Positions 10,856 through 20,534 of a stretch of DNA of 64,000 bases are shown here, in pieces (position 1 is the first letter of the stretch; every line of letters begins with the position of its first letter). Under the pieces are notes generated by a model that saw only the letters and a list, made by a program, of their open reading frames with translations, ran no database searches and was not told where the DNA came from. The position numbers were made by a program, and so were the translations under genes. The stretch is taken from positions 7,097-71,096 of the forward strand of contig JALSRD010000028.1 in the NCBI GenBank assembly GCA_026984935.1, given 5' to 3'. Source of the DNA: Desulfobacterales bacterium (GTDB taxonomy: Bacteria; Desulfobacterota; Desulfobacteria; Desulfobacterales; JALSRD01).

Positions 10856-11401
10856 TCAGTTTCTGCCGAACTGCGCCAGACAGCCGGCCCTTGCCAGCTG
10901 CACGGTCACCGCCACACGCACCGCCTCGGCGCAAAGGTCGTCGGTGTGCACCCAGAGGTCGGCAGCCGCCCGGTAAAGCGGCCGGCGGGCCTCTAAGGTC
11001 CGGCGGATTTCCTGCAGGGCGTCTTTTCCGCCAAGCGCCGGACGCGACAGCGCGCTGGCGGCATCTTTGCGCATGCGCTTTTCAATGCTCGCCTCACCGG
11101 CGCGCAACCAGACGAGCACGCCGTTTTGTTTCATCCGCTGCACGTTGGCCGCATCGCAAGGCACCCCGCCGCCGGTGGCCACCACCTGGCGGCGGCGGGC
11201 GCACACCGCAGCCAGCACATGCCGCTCGGCCAAACGGAAGGCTTCCCAGCCGCGCCGCCGCACGACATCGGCGATACTTGCTCCCAGGTCCGCTGCAACC
11301 AGGGCATCGGTATCCACGAAAGGCCATCCGAGCGACTGCGCCAGGTGCCGGCCGACGGTGGTCTTGCCGCTGCAGCGGTATCCGATCAAAAAAACGTTCA
11401 C
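10856..11401 (-). CDS. aroK: shikimate kinase
   Basis: P-loop [11 protein letters not shown] followed by DTD. A GTG start at 11399-11401 overlaps the aroA stop as GTGA; the track ORF extends to 11458. Confidence 0.9.
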   Translation of the reverse strand: MNVFLIGYRCSGKTTVGRHLAQSLGWPFVDTDALVAADLGASIADVVRRRGWEAFRLAERHVLAAVCARRRQVVATGGGVPCDAANVQRMKQNGVLVWLRAGEASIEKRMRKDAASALSRPALGGKDALQEIRRTLEARRPLYRAAADLWVHTDDLCAEAVRVAVTVQLARAGCLAQFGRN

Positions 11402-12660
11402 GGCCTGCACAATTCCGCGAGCACCTGCCAGAAGCCGGGAAAGGACTTGGCCACGCACGATTCGTTTTCAATCCCCACGCCGGGGACTTTCAGTCCGGCC
11501 AGCGCAAAGCTCATGGCGATGCGGTGGTCGTCATGGGGATCGATCGGCGCCCCGCGCGGGTTCCCGCCCCAGACGGTCAGCGTATCGGCATCGGCCTCGG
11601 CCCGGATGCCCAGGTTGCCGAGTCCGGCGACCACGGCCGCCAGGCGGTCGCTCTCCTTGCGCCGCAGGTGGGCCACGCTGCGCATGCAGGTGGTGCCGCG
11701 GGCAAAGGCCGCCGCCACGGCCAGGGTCGGCACCATGTCCGGCATGTCCGCCATGTCGACGTCCACCGCCCGCAACCGGCCGCCGGTCAGGCGCACGCCA
11801 TCGGCCTCTTCGGAGACGCTGCAGCCCATATCGGCCAGCACCCGCACCAGCCGGAAATCGCCCTGCAGGGTGTCAGCGCGGGTTCCGAGCACCTTGACCG
11901 ACCCGCCGGTGATGGCGGCCGCCGTCCAGAAGTAGCCGGCCTGGGAGCAGTCCGGTTCCACCGTGTAGCGCGCACAGCGGTAAAGCTTTCCGCCCGGTAC
12001 CTGGAAGTGGCGGTAGCCCTGGCGCTGCACATCAACACCGAAACGTGACATGACCTCCACCGTCAGATCGATGTAGGGCCGCGACACCGGCCCGCCGATT
12101 ACTTGGATATCCAGCCCCTTTGCGGTATAGGGCCCGATCAGCAGCAGTGCGGAGAGGAACTGGCTGCTGAGGCCGCAGTTAACCGTGACCGCTCCGCCGT
12201 CGATCGCCCCGCCGGTAACCCGCACCGGCGGACATCCGCCGGGACTCAGACAGCTGATCTGTACACCCAGGCGCCCCAGGGCATCGGTCAGATCCTGAAT
12301 GGGGCGCGCCTGCATGCGCGCGCTGCCGCTGAGCGTGTAGGTGCCGCTGCCTATCGCCGCCACGGCCGTCAGCAACCGCATGGAAGTCCCGGAGTTGTGC
12401 AGGTCGATATCTGCCGTAAACGGTTCCAGGCGCCCGGCGGTACCGGTGACCTCCACGGCATCTCCGCGGCCCGCAATCCCGGCGCCCAGTTTCTTCAGCG
12501 CCGCCAGCGTCAGCCCGGTGTCCTCGCTGCGCAGGGCATTTTCGATACGGCAGACACCGTCGGAAAGCGCCGCCGCAATCAGGGCGCGGTGGGTCAGGCT
12601 TTTGGACCCGGGTACGCAAACCGTTCCTTTCAGGTCCGTCTTGAGCGGCACACGCATCAT
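11398..12660 (-). CDS. aroA: 3-phosphoshikimate 1-carboxyvinyltransferase (EPSP synthase)
   Basis: 420 aa with the motifs VPGSKSLTHRAL, LHNSGTSMRLL and DHRIAMSF. Confidence 0.95.
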   Translation of the reverse strand: MMRVPLKTDLKGTVCVPGSKSLTHRALIAAALSDGVCRIENALRSEDTGLTLAALKKLGAGIAGRGDAVEVTGTAGRLEPFTADIDLHNSGTSMRLLTAVAAIGSGTYTLSGSARMQARPIQDLTDALGRLGVQISCLSPGGCPPVRVTGGAIDGGAVTVNCGLSSQFLSALLLIGPYTAKGLDIQVIGGPVSRPYIDLTVEVMSRFGVDVQRQGYRHFQVPGGKLYRCARYTVEPDCSQAGYFWTAAAITGGSVKVLGTRADTLQGDFRLVRVLADMGCSVSEEADGVRLTGGRLRAVDVDMADMPDMVPTLAVAAAFARGTTCMRSVAHLRRKESDRLAAVVAGLGNLGIRAEADADTLTVWGGNPRGAPIDPHDDHRIAMSFALAGLKVPGVGIENESCVAKSFPGFWQVLAELCRP

Positions 12661-13802
12661 ATCCGCTCCTCCGACTCCGGTGCCGGCAGCGCCTCCACAA
12701 CGGCCTGGCGCATGATCTCCTCAGGCGCCGGCTGTCGGGTCCAAAGCTCGAACTGCGCCGCACCCTGGGCGACGAACATTTCCAAACCGCTGACAGTCCG
12801 GCAACCGCGGCTTTCGGCAGCCCGGATCAGTGCTGTTTTCAACGGATTGTAGATGATGTCCATAACGACTGTTTCCGGTGCCAGTTGGCGGATGTCCACC
12901 GGCATGGCATCTTCGTGCGGATGCATGCCCACCGGCGTGGTATTGATCAGGATCTGGCAGCCGCTTCCATCGAAGCGCTCCCGCGGGCAGAATTGCGCGC
13001 CCAGTTCACGGGCCAGTCCGCGGCCGCGTGAAACGCTGCGGTTGACAATCGTCACGGCCGCACCGGCGTCGGTCAGGGCGTAACCGATGGCGCGTGCCGC
13101 GCCTCCGGCGCCGATCAGCGCTGCACGGCGGCCTTCGACGGCCACAGCGGCCTGCAGTGCCCGCATGGCGCCGGTGCCGTCGGTATTGTAACCCACCAGT
13201 TGGCCCGCACGCAAAACCACGGTGTTCAGCGCCCCCACGCGTGCCGCGCTTTCATCTATGCGATCCATGCAGGAAAGCGCCGCCGTCTTGTGGGGCAGCG
13301 TCACGCTCAACCCCTTGATGCCCAGCGATCTGGCCGCATCTAGGGCCTTGTCGATACGTGTCACGCAAAAGGCCATATACACGGCGTTGATGCCGCAGTG
13401 GGCGAAAGCCCGATTGTGCATCTGGGGGCTGAGGCTGTGGCGCACCGGATTGCCCAGCACGGCATACAGGCAGCTGCCGGCGTCCGGTTCGCGACGGCCA
13501 TCCGCCGCGCTTCCCTGAACGCCGCGGCAAAGCTGCATAATCTCCGTAAACAGGCGCTGCAGCTCCCGGCGGCTCAGGGGCCCGCGGTTGCGTTTTTCCA
13601 GGCGGCGCAGGACGTTGGCCTCCCGCGAGGTGTCCAGCACCCGGCTGCCGGCTTTCCTCTTCAAGGCGCCGATTTCGGCGGCCAGCACCATGCGCCGGTT
13701 GATCAGCGCCAGGAGCTCATCGTCTAGGCCGTCGATCTGGCGGCGCAGGCTGCTGATCGGCGCGGCGGCAAAATCGCTGCAGGCATCTTTCTGGTCTTGC
13801 AT
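12657..13802 (-). CDS. fusion protein: AroQ-class chorismate mutase (N-terminal) + shikimate 5-dehydrogenase (C-terminal)
   Basis: Residues ~15-95 (LRRQIDGLDDELLALINRRMVLAAEIGALKRKAG...VLDTSREANVLRRL) are chorismate-mutase-like. From CLYAVLGNPVRHSLSPQMHNRAF...SVTLPHK...NTDG...GAGGAARA the sequence is AroE-like. Confidence 0.85.
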   Translation of the reverse strand: MQDQKDACSDFAAAPISSLRRQIDGLDDELLALINRRMVLAAEIGALKRKAGSRVLDTSREANVLRRLEKRNRGPLSRRELQRLFTEIMQLCRGVQGSAADGRREPDAGSCLYAVLGNPVRHSLSPQMHNRAFAHCGINAVYMAFCVTRIDKALDAARSLGIKGLSVTLPHKTAALSCMDRIDESAARVGALNTVVLRAGQLVGYNTDGTGAMRALQAAVAVEGRRAALIGAGGAARAIGYALTDAGAAVTIVNRSVSRGRGLARELGAQFCPRERFDGSGCQILINTTPVGMHPHEDAMPVDIRQLAPETVVMDIIYNPLKTALIRAAESRGCRTVSGLEMFVAQGAAQFELWTRQPAPEEIMRQAVVEALPAPESEERI

Positions 13803-13817
13803 GGCGGTGTGTCCCGG

Positions 13818-14810
13818 TCACTTTTCGGTGATCGTTTCGTCGATCTGCATGCCGAAATGCCGCGCGTGCGCTTCGACGGCGGCCAGCACGCGGTCGCCGG
13901 CCGACAACCCGACCACGGACAGCGCCTGCCCATCGGGCCCGGTCAGGCGCACGGTTTCGGCATTCTGCACGATGGTGCTGATCATCTTGTCGCCCACTGC
14001 GGCGGATACCAGCAGCAGCGGCCGCTTCTCGATCTTGAGCCGCCCGACCACCCCCACCTGGGTGCTGCCCGTGTAGTCGACGAGCAACACCGGGTCGCCG
14101 GCGCACAGCTCACACAGGTAGCGCGTTCTGCCCCCCGGCACGCGGGTATACGCATGCACCGGCCCGGCATTGACGCGGAAAGGGCGCGGCGCAACATAGG
14201 GATTGTCGATGCTCTCGGCGTGCACCAGAAAGAGCCCGCCGCTGCTGTTGCCCACCAGCGCCCCCTGCCCCGGCAGCATGCTGGTGCAGGTGTCGATGCA
14301 CACCCGGTCGCCCATTCCCAGCGGCCGCACCGCAACGATCTCGGCGGTCTCCAGCGCCGTCTGCGTTGCGGCGCTGCGCAACTCCAGCAGAGCGGATTTG
14401 AGGGTCACGGGGTCCTGCAGGTCGAGCAGTATGTGCCCCACGCCCTTTTCCAGGATGCCGAAGGCGGTGCGCGCCTCTTCCAGGCTGCTCACCGCAGCAA
14501 TCACATCGGCTCCCTTGGCGATCAGGTTTTCCAGCGGAATGATCGTCCAGTCGCTGCAGGTCAGGACCACCTTCTTCTCACGGCTGAGCTGGACGATGCG
14601 GTCTTCATCGGCGCCACTGGCGATGGTGAAAAAAACCACGTCCCGCCCCGGCCTCAAATCCCCGTCTTCAGCCACGGTGTCGATTTTGCCCAGGGCCTTG
14701 ACCTTGTCGGCAAAGCCCGGTGCAAGCACCACGCCGTCGGCACCGCCCTCGATGGCCGCCGTGGCCATGTCCTTCCGCCAGGGATCGACTTTCACCCATA
14801 TTTTACGCAT
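13818..14810 (-). CDS. 3-dehydroquinate synthase II (archaeal type)
   Basis: 330 aa showing long collinear similarity to archaeal DHQS-II: DWTIIPLENLIA, GDRVCIDTC, LFLVHAE..NPYVA.RPFRVNAGPVHAY, HFGM...ETI.EK. Confidence 0.9.
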   Translation of the reverse strand: MRKIWVKVDPWRKDMATAAIEGGADGVVLAPGFADKVKALGKIDTVAEDGDLRPGRDVVFFTIASGADEDRIVQLSREKKVVLTCSDWTIIPLENLIAKGADVIAAVSSLEEARTAFGILEKGVGHILLDLQDPVTLKSALLELRSAATQTALETAEIVAVRPLGMGDRVCIDTCTSMLPGQGALVGNSSGGLFLVHAESIDNPYVAPRPFRVNAGPVHAYTRVPGGRTRYLCELCAGDPVLLVDYTGSTQVGVVGRLKIEKRPLLLVSAAVGDKMISTIVQNAETVRLTGPDGQALSVVGLSAGDRVLAAVEAHARHFGMQIDETITEK

Positions 14811-14872
14811 ATCACCCTCCCGGCAGGCCCCGGGCTTTGCGCAGGTGTTCCCGGGCCCTCGCCGACATGGAA

Positions 14873-15670
14873 TCAGTCCAGCTGTTCCAGCGCCCCCGCG
14901 ACCGTGGCGCCGTGATGCACGATGGCCGTAATGGCCCGCACCATTTTCCTGGGGTGTGCATGCTGGAAAACATTGCGGCCAATGGAGACACCGGCACCGC
15001 CGGCGTCGATGGCACCCTTGACCATCTCCAGGATTTCACGGTCCGAATTCATTTTGGCACCGCCGGCAATGACCACCGGCACACTGCAGCCCTGGACCAC
15101 TTCCCGGAAACTCTCCACCGAACCGGTGTAGGAAACCTTGACGATATCCGCGCCCATCTCGTCGCCGACCCGGGCGGCATGCTTCACCACGCCGACATCG
15201 TATTCGTCGTCGATCTTCTCACCGCGCGGATAGATCATGGCCAGAAGCGGCAGGCCCCAGGTGCGGGCTTGGTAGCTGACCCGGCCGAAATCGCTGAGCA
15301 TCTCCTTTTCCTGGCCGTTGCCCAGGTTGACATGAATGGACACGGCATCGGCACCCAGCTTGATGGCCTCTTCCACGCTGCACACCAGGGTCTTGGCATT
15401 GGGGTAGACGGACAGGTTCGTCGAGGCCGACAGGTGGATGATCAGCCCGATGTCGCGCCCTTCACCGCGGTGCCCCGCCTCCACCAGCCCCTTGTGCTCC
15501 ACGATGGCGTTGGCGCCGCCTTCGGCCACCTGACGGATGGTCTGTTTCATGTCGGTCAGCCCGGAAATGGGCCCCACCGAAATCCCGTGGTCCATGGGCA
15601 CAATCACGGTCCGCCGCGTGTTGCGGTCAAGGATACGTTCCATTCGAATTTTTTTGCCTAAAATAGTCAT
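14873..15670 (-). CDS. 2-amino-3,7-dideoxy-D-threo-hept-6-ulosonate (ADH) synthase, class I aldolase family
   Basis: 265 aa with the motifs [45 protein letters not shown] and GRNVFQH, close to archaeal AroA-prime. Confidence 0.85.
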   Translation of the reverse strand: MTILGKKIRMERILDRNTRRTVIVPMDHGISVGPISGLTDMKQTIRQVAEGGANAIVEHKGLVEAGHRGEGRDIGLIIHLSASTNLSVYPNAKTLVCSVEEAIKLGADAVSIHVNLGNGQEKEMLSDFGRVSYQARTWGLPLLAMIYPRGEKIDDEYDVGVVKHAARVGDEMGADIVKVSYTGSVESFREVVQGCSVPVVIAGGAKMNSDREILEMVKGAIDAGGAGVSIGRNVFQHAHPRKMVRAITAIVHHGATVAGALEQLD

Positions 15671-15807
15671 ACCCGCCCCCTGTGGATTTTCGCCGGTTCG
15701 ACGCCCGCCCGGCAGAACTGGTTGCGTTGCTGCCGTATAGTGGAAGCCGGCGCTTCATGTTGAGCGCCCAAAACCGACGCGGTATCCGCTGCCCACAGCC
15801 GGAAAAC

Positions 15808-15840
15808 AAAAAAGCCGCGGGTTTTCGATCTCCCCGCGGC
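15808..15840 (-). terminator. rho-independent terminator downstream of manA
   Basis: The minus strand reads GCCGCGGG-GAGATCGAAAA-CCCGCGGC followed by TTTTTT. Confidence 0.75.
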
Positions 15841-16006
15841 TTCCGGCACCTGCAAAAAAGCGTGTCTCAGTACCCCCCGGGCAGACCGGTACCAAAAAAA
15901 TACCGAAAAAAATAAGCTCTGCCGGTTTGTATTGAAACCATTGCCCTACCTCTGATCTTTTCAGTTCGTCATTCGACGTACATCACAGCGGCCGGGCTGT
16001 CAAGCA

Positions 16007-17239
16007 TTATTTGTGCCCGGGCGTACCCCTTTCGGTCTGGGCGGGAAGGCCCGCTTTGTAGAGCTTGGCTTCACCCTCCAGGCGGTAGCGCTGCACGGCG
16101 GCCGGCACCAACACCGCGTCACCGCGCTTCAGGATGATCTCACGACGGTCACCGCCGGCCCGGATAGCAGCCCGACCCTGCATGCAAAGGAGGATTGCCA
16201 CACTTCCCCCCCTGCATTCACAGGGCCTGCCGCCGGCAAGCGAAATCACCGCCAGCATGAATTCCCGCGCCGGCTGCGGGTAGAAGGCTTCACAGAAACT
16301 TTGCGTTTCCCGCCGGATGATGCGCGGCGTCTTCGGCTCGAACCGAGCCACCTGCAGCAGTTCGCGCACGTCGACATGCTTGACGGTCAGCCCGCCACGC
16401 AGTACGTTGTCGGAGTTGGCCATCAGCTCGATGCCGCATCCCCTAAGGTAGGCGTGCAGCTCACCGGCCTCCAGGAACAGGGCTTCACCCGGATTCAGCT
16501 GCACCAGATTCAGCAGCAGCGGTCCCAGAACGCCGATATCGCCCGGGTACCAACGCTGCAGCTCCACCATCCAGCGGGCGGCGGGATCGTCAGCCGCCGA
16601 TTCCGCCGCCCGCTGCACGGCTTGCTCCACGATCCTTTGCCTGCGCGCATCCGGCAGGGTCATCAGGCCGTGGAAAAAACGCCGCAGGCCCCCGACATCC
16701 GCCTGCTGACTGAAAGCGTCCAGTTCGGGGCGCAATTCCGGTGAACATGCGCGGGCCAGGGCTGCAAGCATATCGGTGATGGGCCGGAAGCCGTTCAGCG
16801 CCCAGAATTCGGTGAGGGCACACAGGCATTCGGGTTTGTGGTTGTCGTCCCGGTAGTTCCGCTGGGGGGCATCGAGGGGGATGCCGGCCTGGTTTTCACG
16901 CAAAAATCCGGCGACGGCCTGGTCCCGGTTGGGGTGGGCCTGTATGGAAAGCGGTTGATCCGCGGCCAGCACCTTGAACAGAAAAGGCAGTTGGCGACCG
17001 AACCGTTTCAGGGCCGTTTTCCCCAGAATCTGTTCCGGAAATTTTTCGATAAGCTCCGGCAGCGAAACCCAGCGGCCGTCATATTCTACTTGCGAGGGGG
17101 CCTTGGGATGCGCCCCCATCCACAGCTCGGCCCAGGGTTCATCGGCAGGTGTCGCATTTCCCAGCAGGTCCGGAATAAAATCGAAAGAGCCCCAGGCATA
17201 ATGCTGAACCGGATTTTTCATTTTAGCGATGGTGTGCAT
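16007..17239 (-). CDS. manA: mannose-6-phosphate isomerase, class I
   Basis: MHTIAKMKNPVQHYAWGS...AELWMGAHP...QAHPN are class I PMI motifs. GGAGGAGG lies 5 nt upstream of the ATG at 17237-17239. Confidence 0.85.
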   Translation of the reverse strand: MHTIAKMKNPVQHYAWGSFDFIPDLLGNATPADEPWAELWMGAHPKAPSQVEYDGRWVSLPELIEKFPEQILGKTALKRFGRQLPFLFKVLAADQPLSIQAHPNRDQAVAGFLRENQAGIPLDAPQRNYRDDNHKPECLCALTEFWALNGFRPITDMLAALARACSPELRPELDAFSQQADVGGLRRFFHGLMTLPDARRQRIVEQAVQRAAESAADDPAARWMVELQRWYPGDIGVLGPLLLNLVQLNPGEALFLEAGELHAYLRGCGIELMANSDNVLRGGLTVKHVDVRELLQVARFEPKTPRIIRRETQSFCEAFYPQPAREFMLAVISLAGGRPCECRGGSVAILLCMQGRAAIRAGGDRREIILKRGDAVLVPAAVQRYRLEGEAKLYKAGLPAQTERGTPGHK

Positions 17240-17442
17240 GACAACCTCCTCCGGACGGACACGTCCCACCGACTGCAACGGGCTTGTCTATGGCGGCATT
17301 GTCGTGTAAAGGTAGCGCGGTGGCGGTGTCGTTTTCTATACACCACAGCCGCACGTGATTACAAGACCGTGTCCACGGAAGCCGGCCGATTCCCGGCTTG
17401 CACGCAAGCGCCGGTTTGAAGAAAAGCGTATAATATGTTAAC

Positions 17443-18435
17443 TTGCAGGACAGGCTGCCGCCGATGACGGGACGTTTTGCCAAAACCGGGAGCCTGGTGT
17501 TGGCATTTCTGGCCGTCACGGCCCTCAGCGCTTACCTGACTCTGACGTATATCGGCAAGGGCCAGGGAACGGTCAGCGTTCCTGACCTGAAGGGCAAAGA
17601 CGTCGTGACCGTGCTGGAGCTGCTGGGCCGGGCCGGGTTGAACACCCGCATCCGCGGTGTGCGTTTCAGCGCCGACATTGCGGCCAACCATGTGATCGAT
17701 CAGCTGCCCAGGGCCGGCACGCAGATTAAAAGGGGGCGCGATGTCGGCATCGTGCTTTCCAAGGGCCCGGCCACGGTGGCCGTTCCGAACCTGATCGACG
17801 TACCGCTGCAGCAGGCGCGCGTCAGCCTGGAGGCCAATGACCTGTGCCGCGGCAGGGTCTCGCATATTCACGACGTCCAGGCCTTGCCGCACGCTGTCCT
17901 GGCACAGTTCCCGCCGCCCGGCCGAACTGTGCCGCACGGCAGCTGCGTGGATCTGCTGGTTTGCGAAGGGCCGCCGCCACGGGCGGTCATGATGCCTGAT
18001 CTGACCGGGCTCCGGCTGCGTGAGGCCGTCATGCTGCTCGACAGCCGCCGGCTTGCGGCCGGGCGCATTTCGTCCGTGTTCCGCAAAGGCATTGCGGACA
18101 ATACGGTGGTCGACCAGGTGCCACCGGCCGGTTACCGCGTCGCGTTGAATGCCAGCGTCAACATCCGCGTGAACCGGCGGCACGGCCCGACGGAAACCGC
18201 CGCCAGCGGCCACCGGTGGGTGGACCGCATTTTCGTGTTCCGGCTTCCGGCCGGATTTTTGAAAAGGCACATCCGTGTGGAATGGAAAACCCCGGCGCTT
18301 TCCGTCGACCTTTACGATGGCTACATGCAGCCGGGGAACGATTTGTGGCTGCTGGTGCCGTCTTATCGCGACGCCACCGTGCTTTTGTATCAGGATGACG
18401 AACTGTTGCTGACCCGCTACTATCCGGCCGGTTGA
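17443..18435 (+). CDS. PASTA-domain membrane protein (no kinase or PBP domain)
   Basis: An N-terminal TM helix (LVLAFLAVTALSAYL) is followed by three PASTA-like units starting VSVPDLKGK, VAVPNLIDV and VMMPDLTGL, plus an unassigned C-terminal ~100 aa. Confidence 0.8.
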   Translation: MQDRLPPMTGRFAKTGSLVLAFLAVTALSAYLTLTYIGKGQGTVSVPDLKGKDVVTVLELLGRAGLNTRIRGVRFSADIAANHVIDQLPRAGTQIKRGRDVGIVLSKGPATVAVPNLIDVPLQQARVSLEANDLCRGRVSHIHDVQALPHAVLAQFPPPGRTVPHGSCVDLLVCEGPPPRAVMMPDLTGLRLREAVMLLDSRRLAAGRISSVFRKGIADNTVVDQVPPAGYRVALNASVNIRVNRRHGPTETAASGHRWVDRIFVFRLPAGFLKRHIRVEWKTPALSVDLYDGYMQPGNDLWLLVPSYRDATVLLYQDDELLLTRYYPAG

Positions 18436-18470
18436 GTGGCCAGCCCGCCGGCAGGCACCAGGAGAAAGAC

Positions 18471-19139
18471 ATGCCCATTATCGCACCATCGATCCTGTCC
18501 GCTGATTTTTCAAAGCTCGGAGAAGAAGTCCGGGCCGTCGAAAACGCCGGCGCCGACTGGATCCACGCCGATGTTATGGACGGACATTTCGTGCCCAACA
18601 TCACCTTCGGCCCGCTGGGCGTGCGCGCCGTGCGCAGCGTCACGGACCTGCCCATCGATGTCCATTTGATGATCGAAAACCCGGACCGCTATATCGACGA
18701 CTTCGCGGCCGCCGGCGCCAGTTCGATCTCGGTACAGGTCGAGGCCTGCGTACACCTGCAGCGCACGCTGGCCCACATCAGATCCTCAGGTGCGCGTGCC
18801 GGTGCCGCCCTGAACCCGGCCACGCCGCCTGCGGCCCTTGAATGGGTGCTCGACAACCTGGACTACGTGCTGATCATGAGCGTCAACCCGGGATTCGGCG
18901 GCCAGGCTTTTATCCCCTCATCCCTGGCAAAGATACGCGCCCTGTGCGACATGCTGCGCGTACACCGGCTGACGCTGCCGATCCAAGTCGACGGCGGCGT
19001 AAATGCAGACACTGTCGGGGATATCGCCGCTTGTGGCGTGGATGTTTTCGTGGCCGGCTCGGCAATTTTCGGCCGCGACGACTATGCCGCCGCCATCCAG
19101 CGCCTGCGCCAAGGTGCGGCAGCCCACCGGGCGGCCTGA
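18471..19139 (+). CDS. rpe: ribulose-phosphate 3-epimerase
   Basis: MPIIAPSILSADFSKLGEEV...HADVMDGHFVPN...MSVNPGFGGQ. AGGAGA lies upstream of the ATG at 18471. Confidence 0.95.
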   Translation: MPIIAPSILSADFSKLGEEVRAVENAGADWIHADVMDGHFVPNITFGPLGVRAVRSVTDLPIDVHLMIENPDRYIDDFAAAGASSISVQVEACVHLQRTLAHIRSSGARAGAALNPATPPAALEWVLDNLDYVLIMSVNPGFGGQAFIPSSLAKIRALCDMLRVHRLTLPIQVDGGVNADTVGDIAACGVDVFVAGSAIFGRDDYAAAIQRLRQGAAAHRAA

Positions 19140-19201
19140 AGAGCTGTCGGGATCCGGGCCTCGTGTATTAAAGTAAAACATTATATAGATGCTTTAACCA
19201 T

Positions 19202-19714
19202 GTGAGAAAACATATGCAGAAGGAATCTTTTTCAGACGATACCCGAACATCCGTCCTGGTGATCCACGGTCCCAATCTCAATTTTCTGGGCCGGCGCGAA
19301 CCGGAAATTTACGGCCGTACCACACTGGCCCGGATCGACGCACAGCTGGCCGCCGCCGCCGATAAACTGGGCCTGGCCATTGAAAGCTTTCAGTCCAACC
19401 ACGAAGGCGGGATCGTCGAAAAAATCCAGCAGGCCGTGGGCCGTCACCAGGCGCTGATCATCAACCCGGCGGCTTACACACATACCAGCATCGCCATCCG
19501 CGATGCGCTGCTGCTGATCGATATGCCGGTGGTCGAAGTGCATCTTTCCAACATCGCAGCACGCGAATCCTTCCGGCGCAGGTCGGTGATCGCCGATGTG
19601 GTAAGCGGCCGTATCGCCGGCTTCGGTGCACATGGCTATCTCATGGCACTGGAGGCGCTGGCCGCAAGGCTCAAGGCTGCGCAGACACCGGCCGCCGGCG
19701 GGCCGCGCCGGTGA
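19202..19714 (+). CDS. aroQ: type II 3-dehydroquinate dehydratase
   Basis: VLVIHGPNLNFLGRREPEIYG...SNHEG...NPAAYTHTSIA...EVHLSNI. The start is either GTG 19202 or ATG 19214. Confidence 0.95.
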   Translation: MRKHMQKESFSDDTRTSVLVIHGPNLNFLGRREPEIYGRTTLARIDAQLAAAADKLGLAIESFQSNHEGGIVEKIQQAVGRHQALIINPAAYTHTSIAIRDALLLIDMPVVEVHLSNIAARESFRRRSVIADVVSGRIAGFGAHGYLMALEALAARLKAAQTPAAGGPRR

Positions 19715-19820
19715 GGGCCATTTTGGTGTTGAAAAAAATAAAATTCCGGTTATAAAATGATTTTTCCGTGCAGAAACCAGCAAACCAGCAGCGGTACGAA
19801 CGCAGTGCAGGCGGTCTGTA

Positions 19821-20129
19821 ATGCTAAAATACTTTTCGGAACATCCCTTTGTGGTCGCCAACGGCGCCTTCGCCCTCGTTGCCCTTTTCGGGCGCAGGCT
19901 TCTGGAGTGGGGCGCGCCGGACTATGCCTTTCTGCTCATGCTCTATCTGGTTGTGGTCATCGGCATCCGCCTGGATGATATCCATCAACAGATGGCGGCC
20001 GCCAAAGCGGTTCGTGCAGAGCCGCAAATTCTCGAAAAGCTCGCCAGGACCCAAGCATCGCTCGAGGCGCTCAGCCTGAAGATTGAGGTCCTCGACGAAC
20101 GCCTGAAAAGTCTGAAAAAGCAGGAGTGA
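19821..20129 (+). CDS. hypothetical small membrane / coiled-coil protein
   Basis: 102 aa with two hydrophobic segments followed by a coiled-coil tail. The next ORF starts 6 nt downstream. Confidence 0.5.
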   Translation: MLKYFSEHPFVVANGAFALVALFGRRLLEWGAPDYAFLLMLYLVVVIGIRLDDIHQQMAAAKAVRAEPQILEKLARTQASLEALSLKIEVLDERLKSLKKQE

Positions 20130-20135
20130 CGCATC

Positions 20136-20534
20136 ATGGTTTACATCGCAAATTTTCTGCATCGCACGCATCAGGAAAGCGACACCGAGGCCGAGCGCCG
20201 GTACGGCGAATTCAGCATGGTGGTGGAATCCGACACCAAAGAGCGGGCCATCCAGCTGTTCCGCGATAAAATCAGCGAACTGCGCCGCAACAGCGATTTT
20301 TTTGAGGGGCACTGCACGATTTATTTCAATCAGCTGCTGGAGTTTGAAAACTTCCCTTCCGCGGAAGCCGCCCTGCTGGGCTTTAAATCCGTGGCCGGGG
20401 ATCCGGTCATGCCCTTTATCGGCTGCTCCGTACCAACGGCGGAATCGGACAACTGCAAGATCTACAATTGGGGTCAAGACGGCCCCGCCGCGGACGGAAC
20501 CGGCAACCGGCTGTTTATCGAGTTCAAAAAATGA
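20136..20534 (+). CDS. hypothetical protein
   Basis: 132 aa with no recognisable motif. Its stop overlaps the nnr start as ATGA, which suggests co-translation. Confidence 0.5.
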   Translation: MVYIANFLHRTHQESDTEAERRYGEFSMVVESDTKERAIQLFRDKISELRRNSDFFEGHCTIYFNQLLEFENFPSAEAALLGFKSVAGDPVMPFIGCSVPTAESDNCKIYNWGQDGPAADGTGNRLFIEFKK

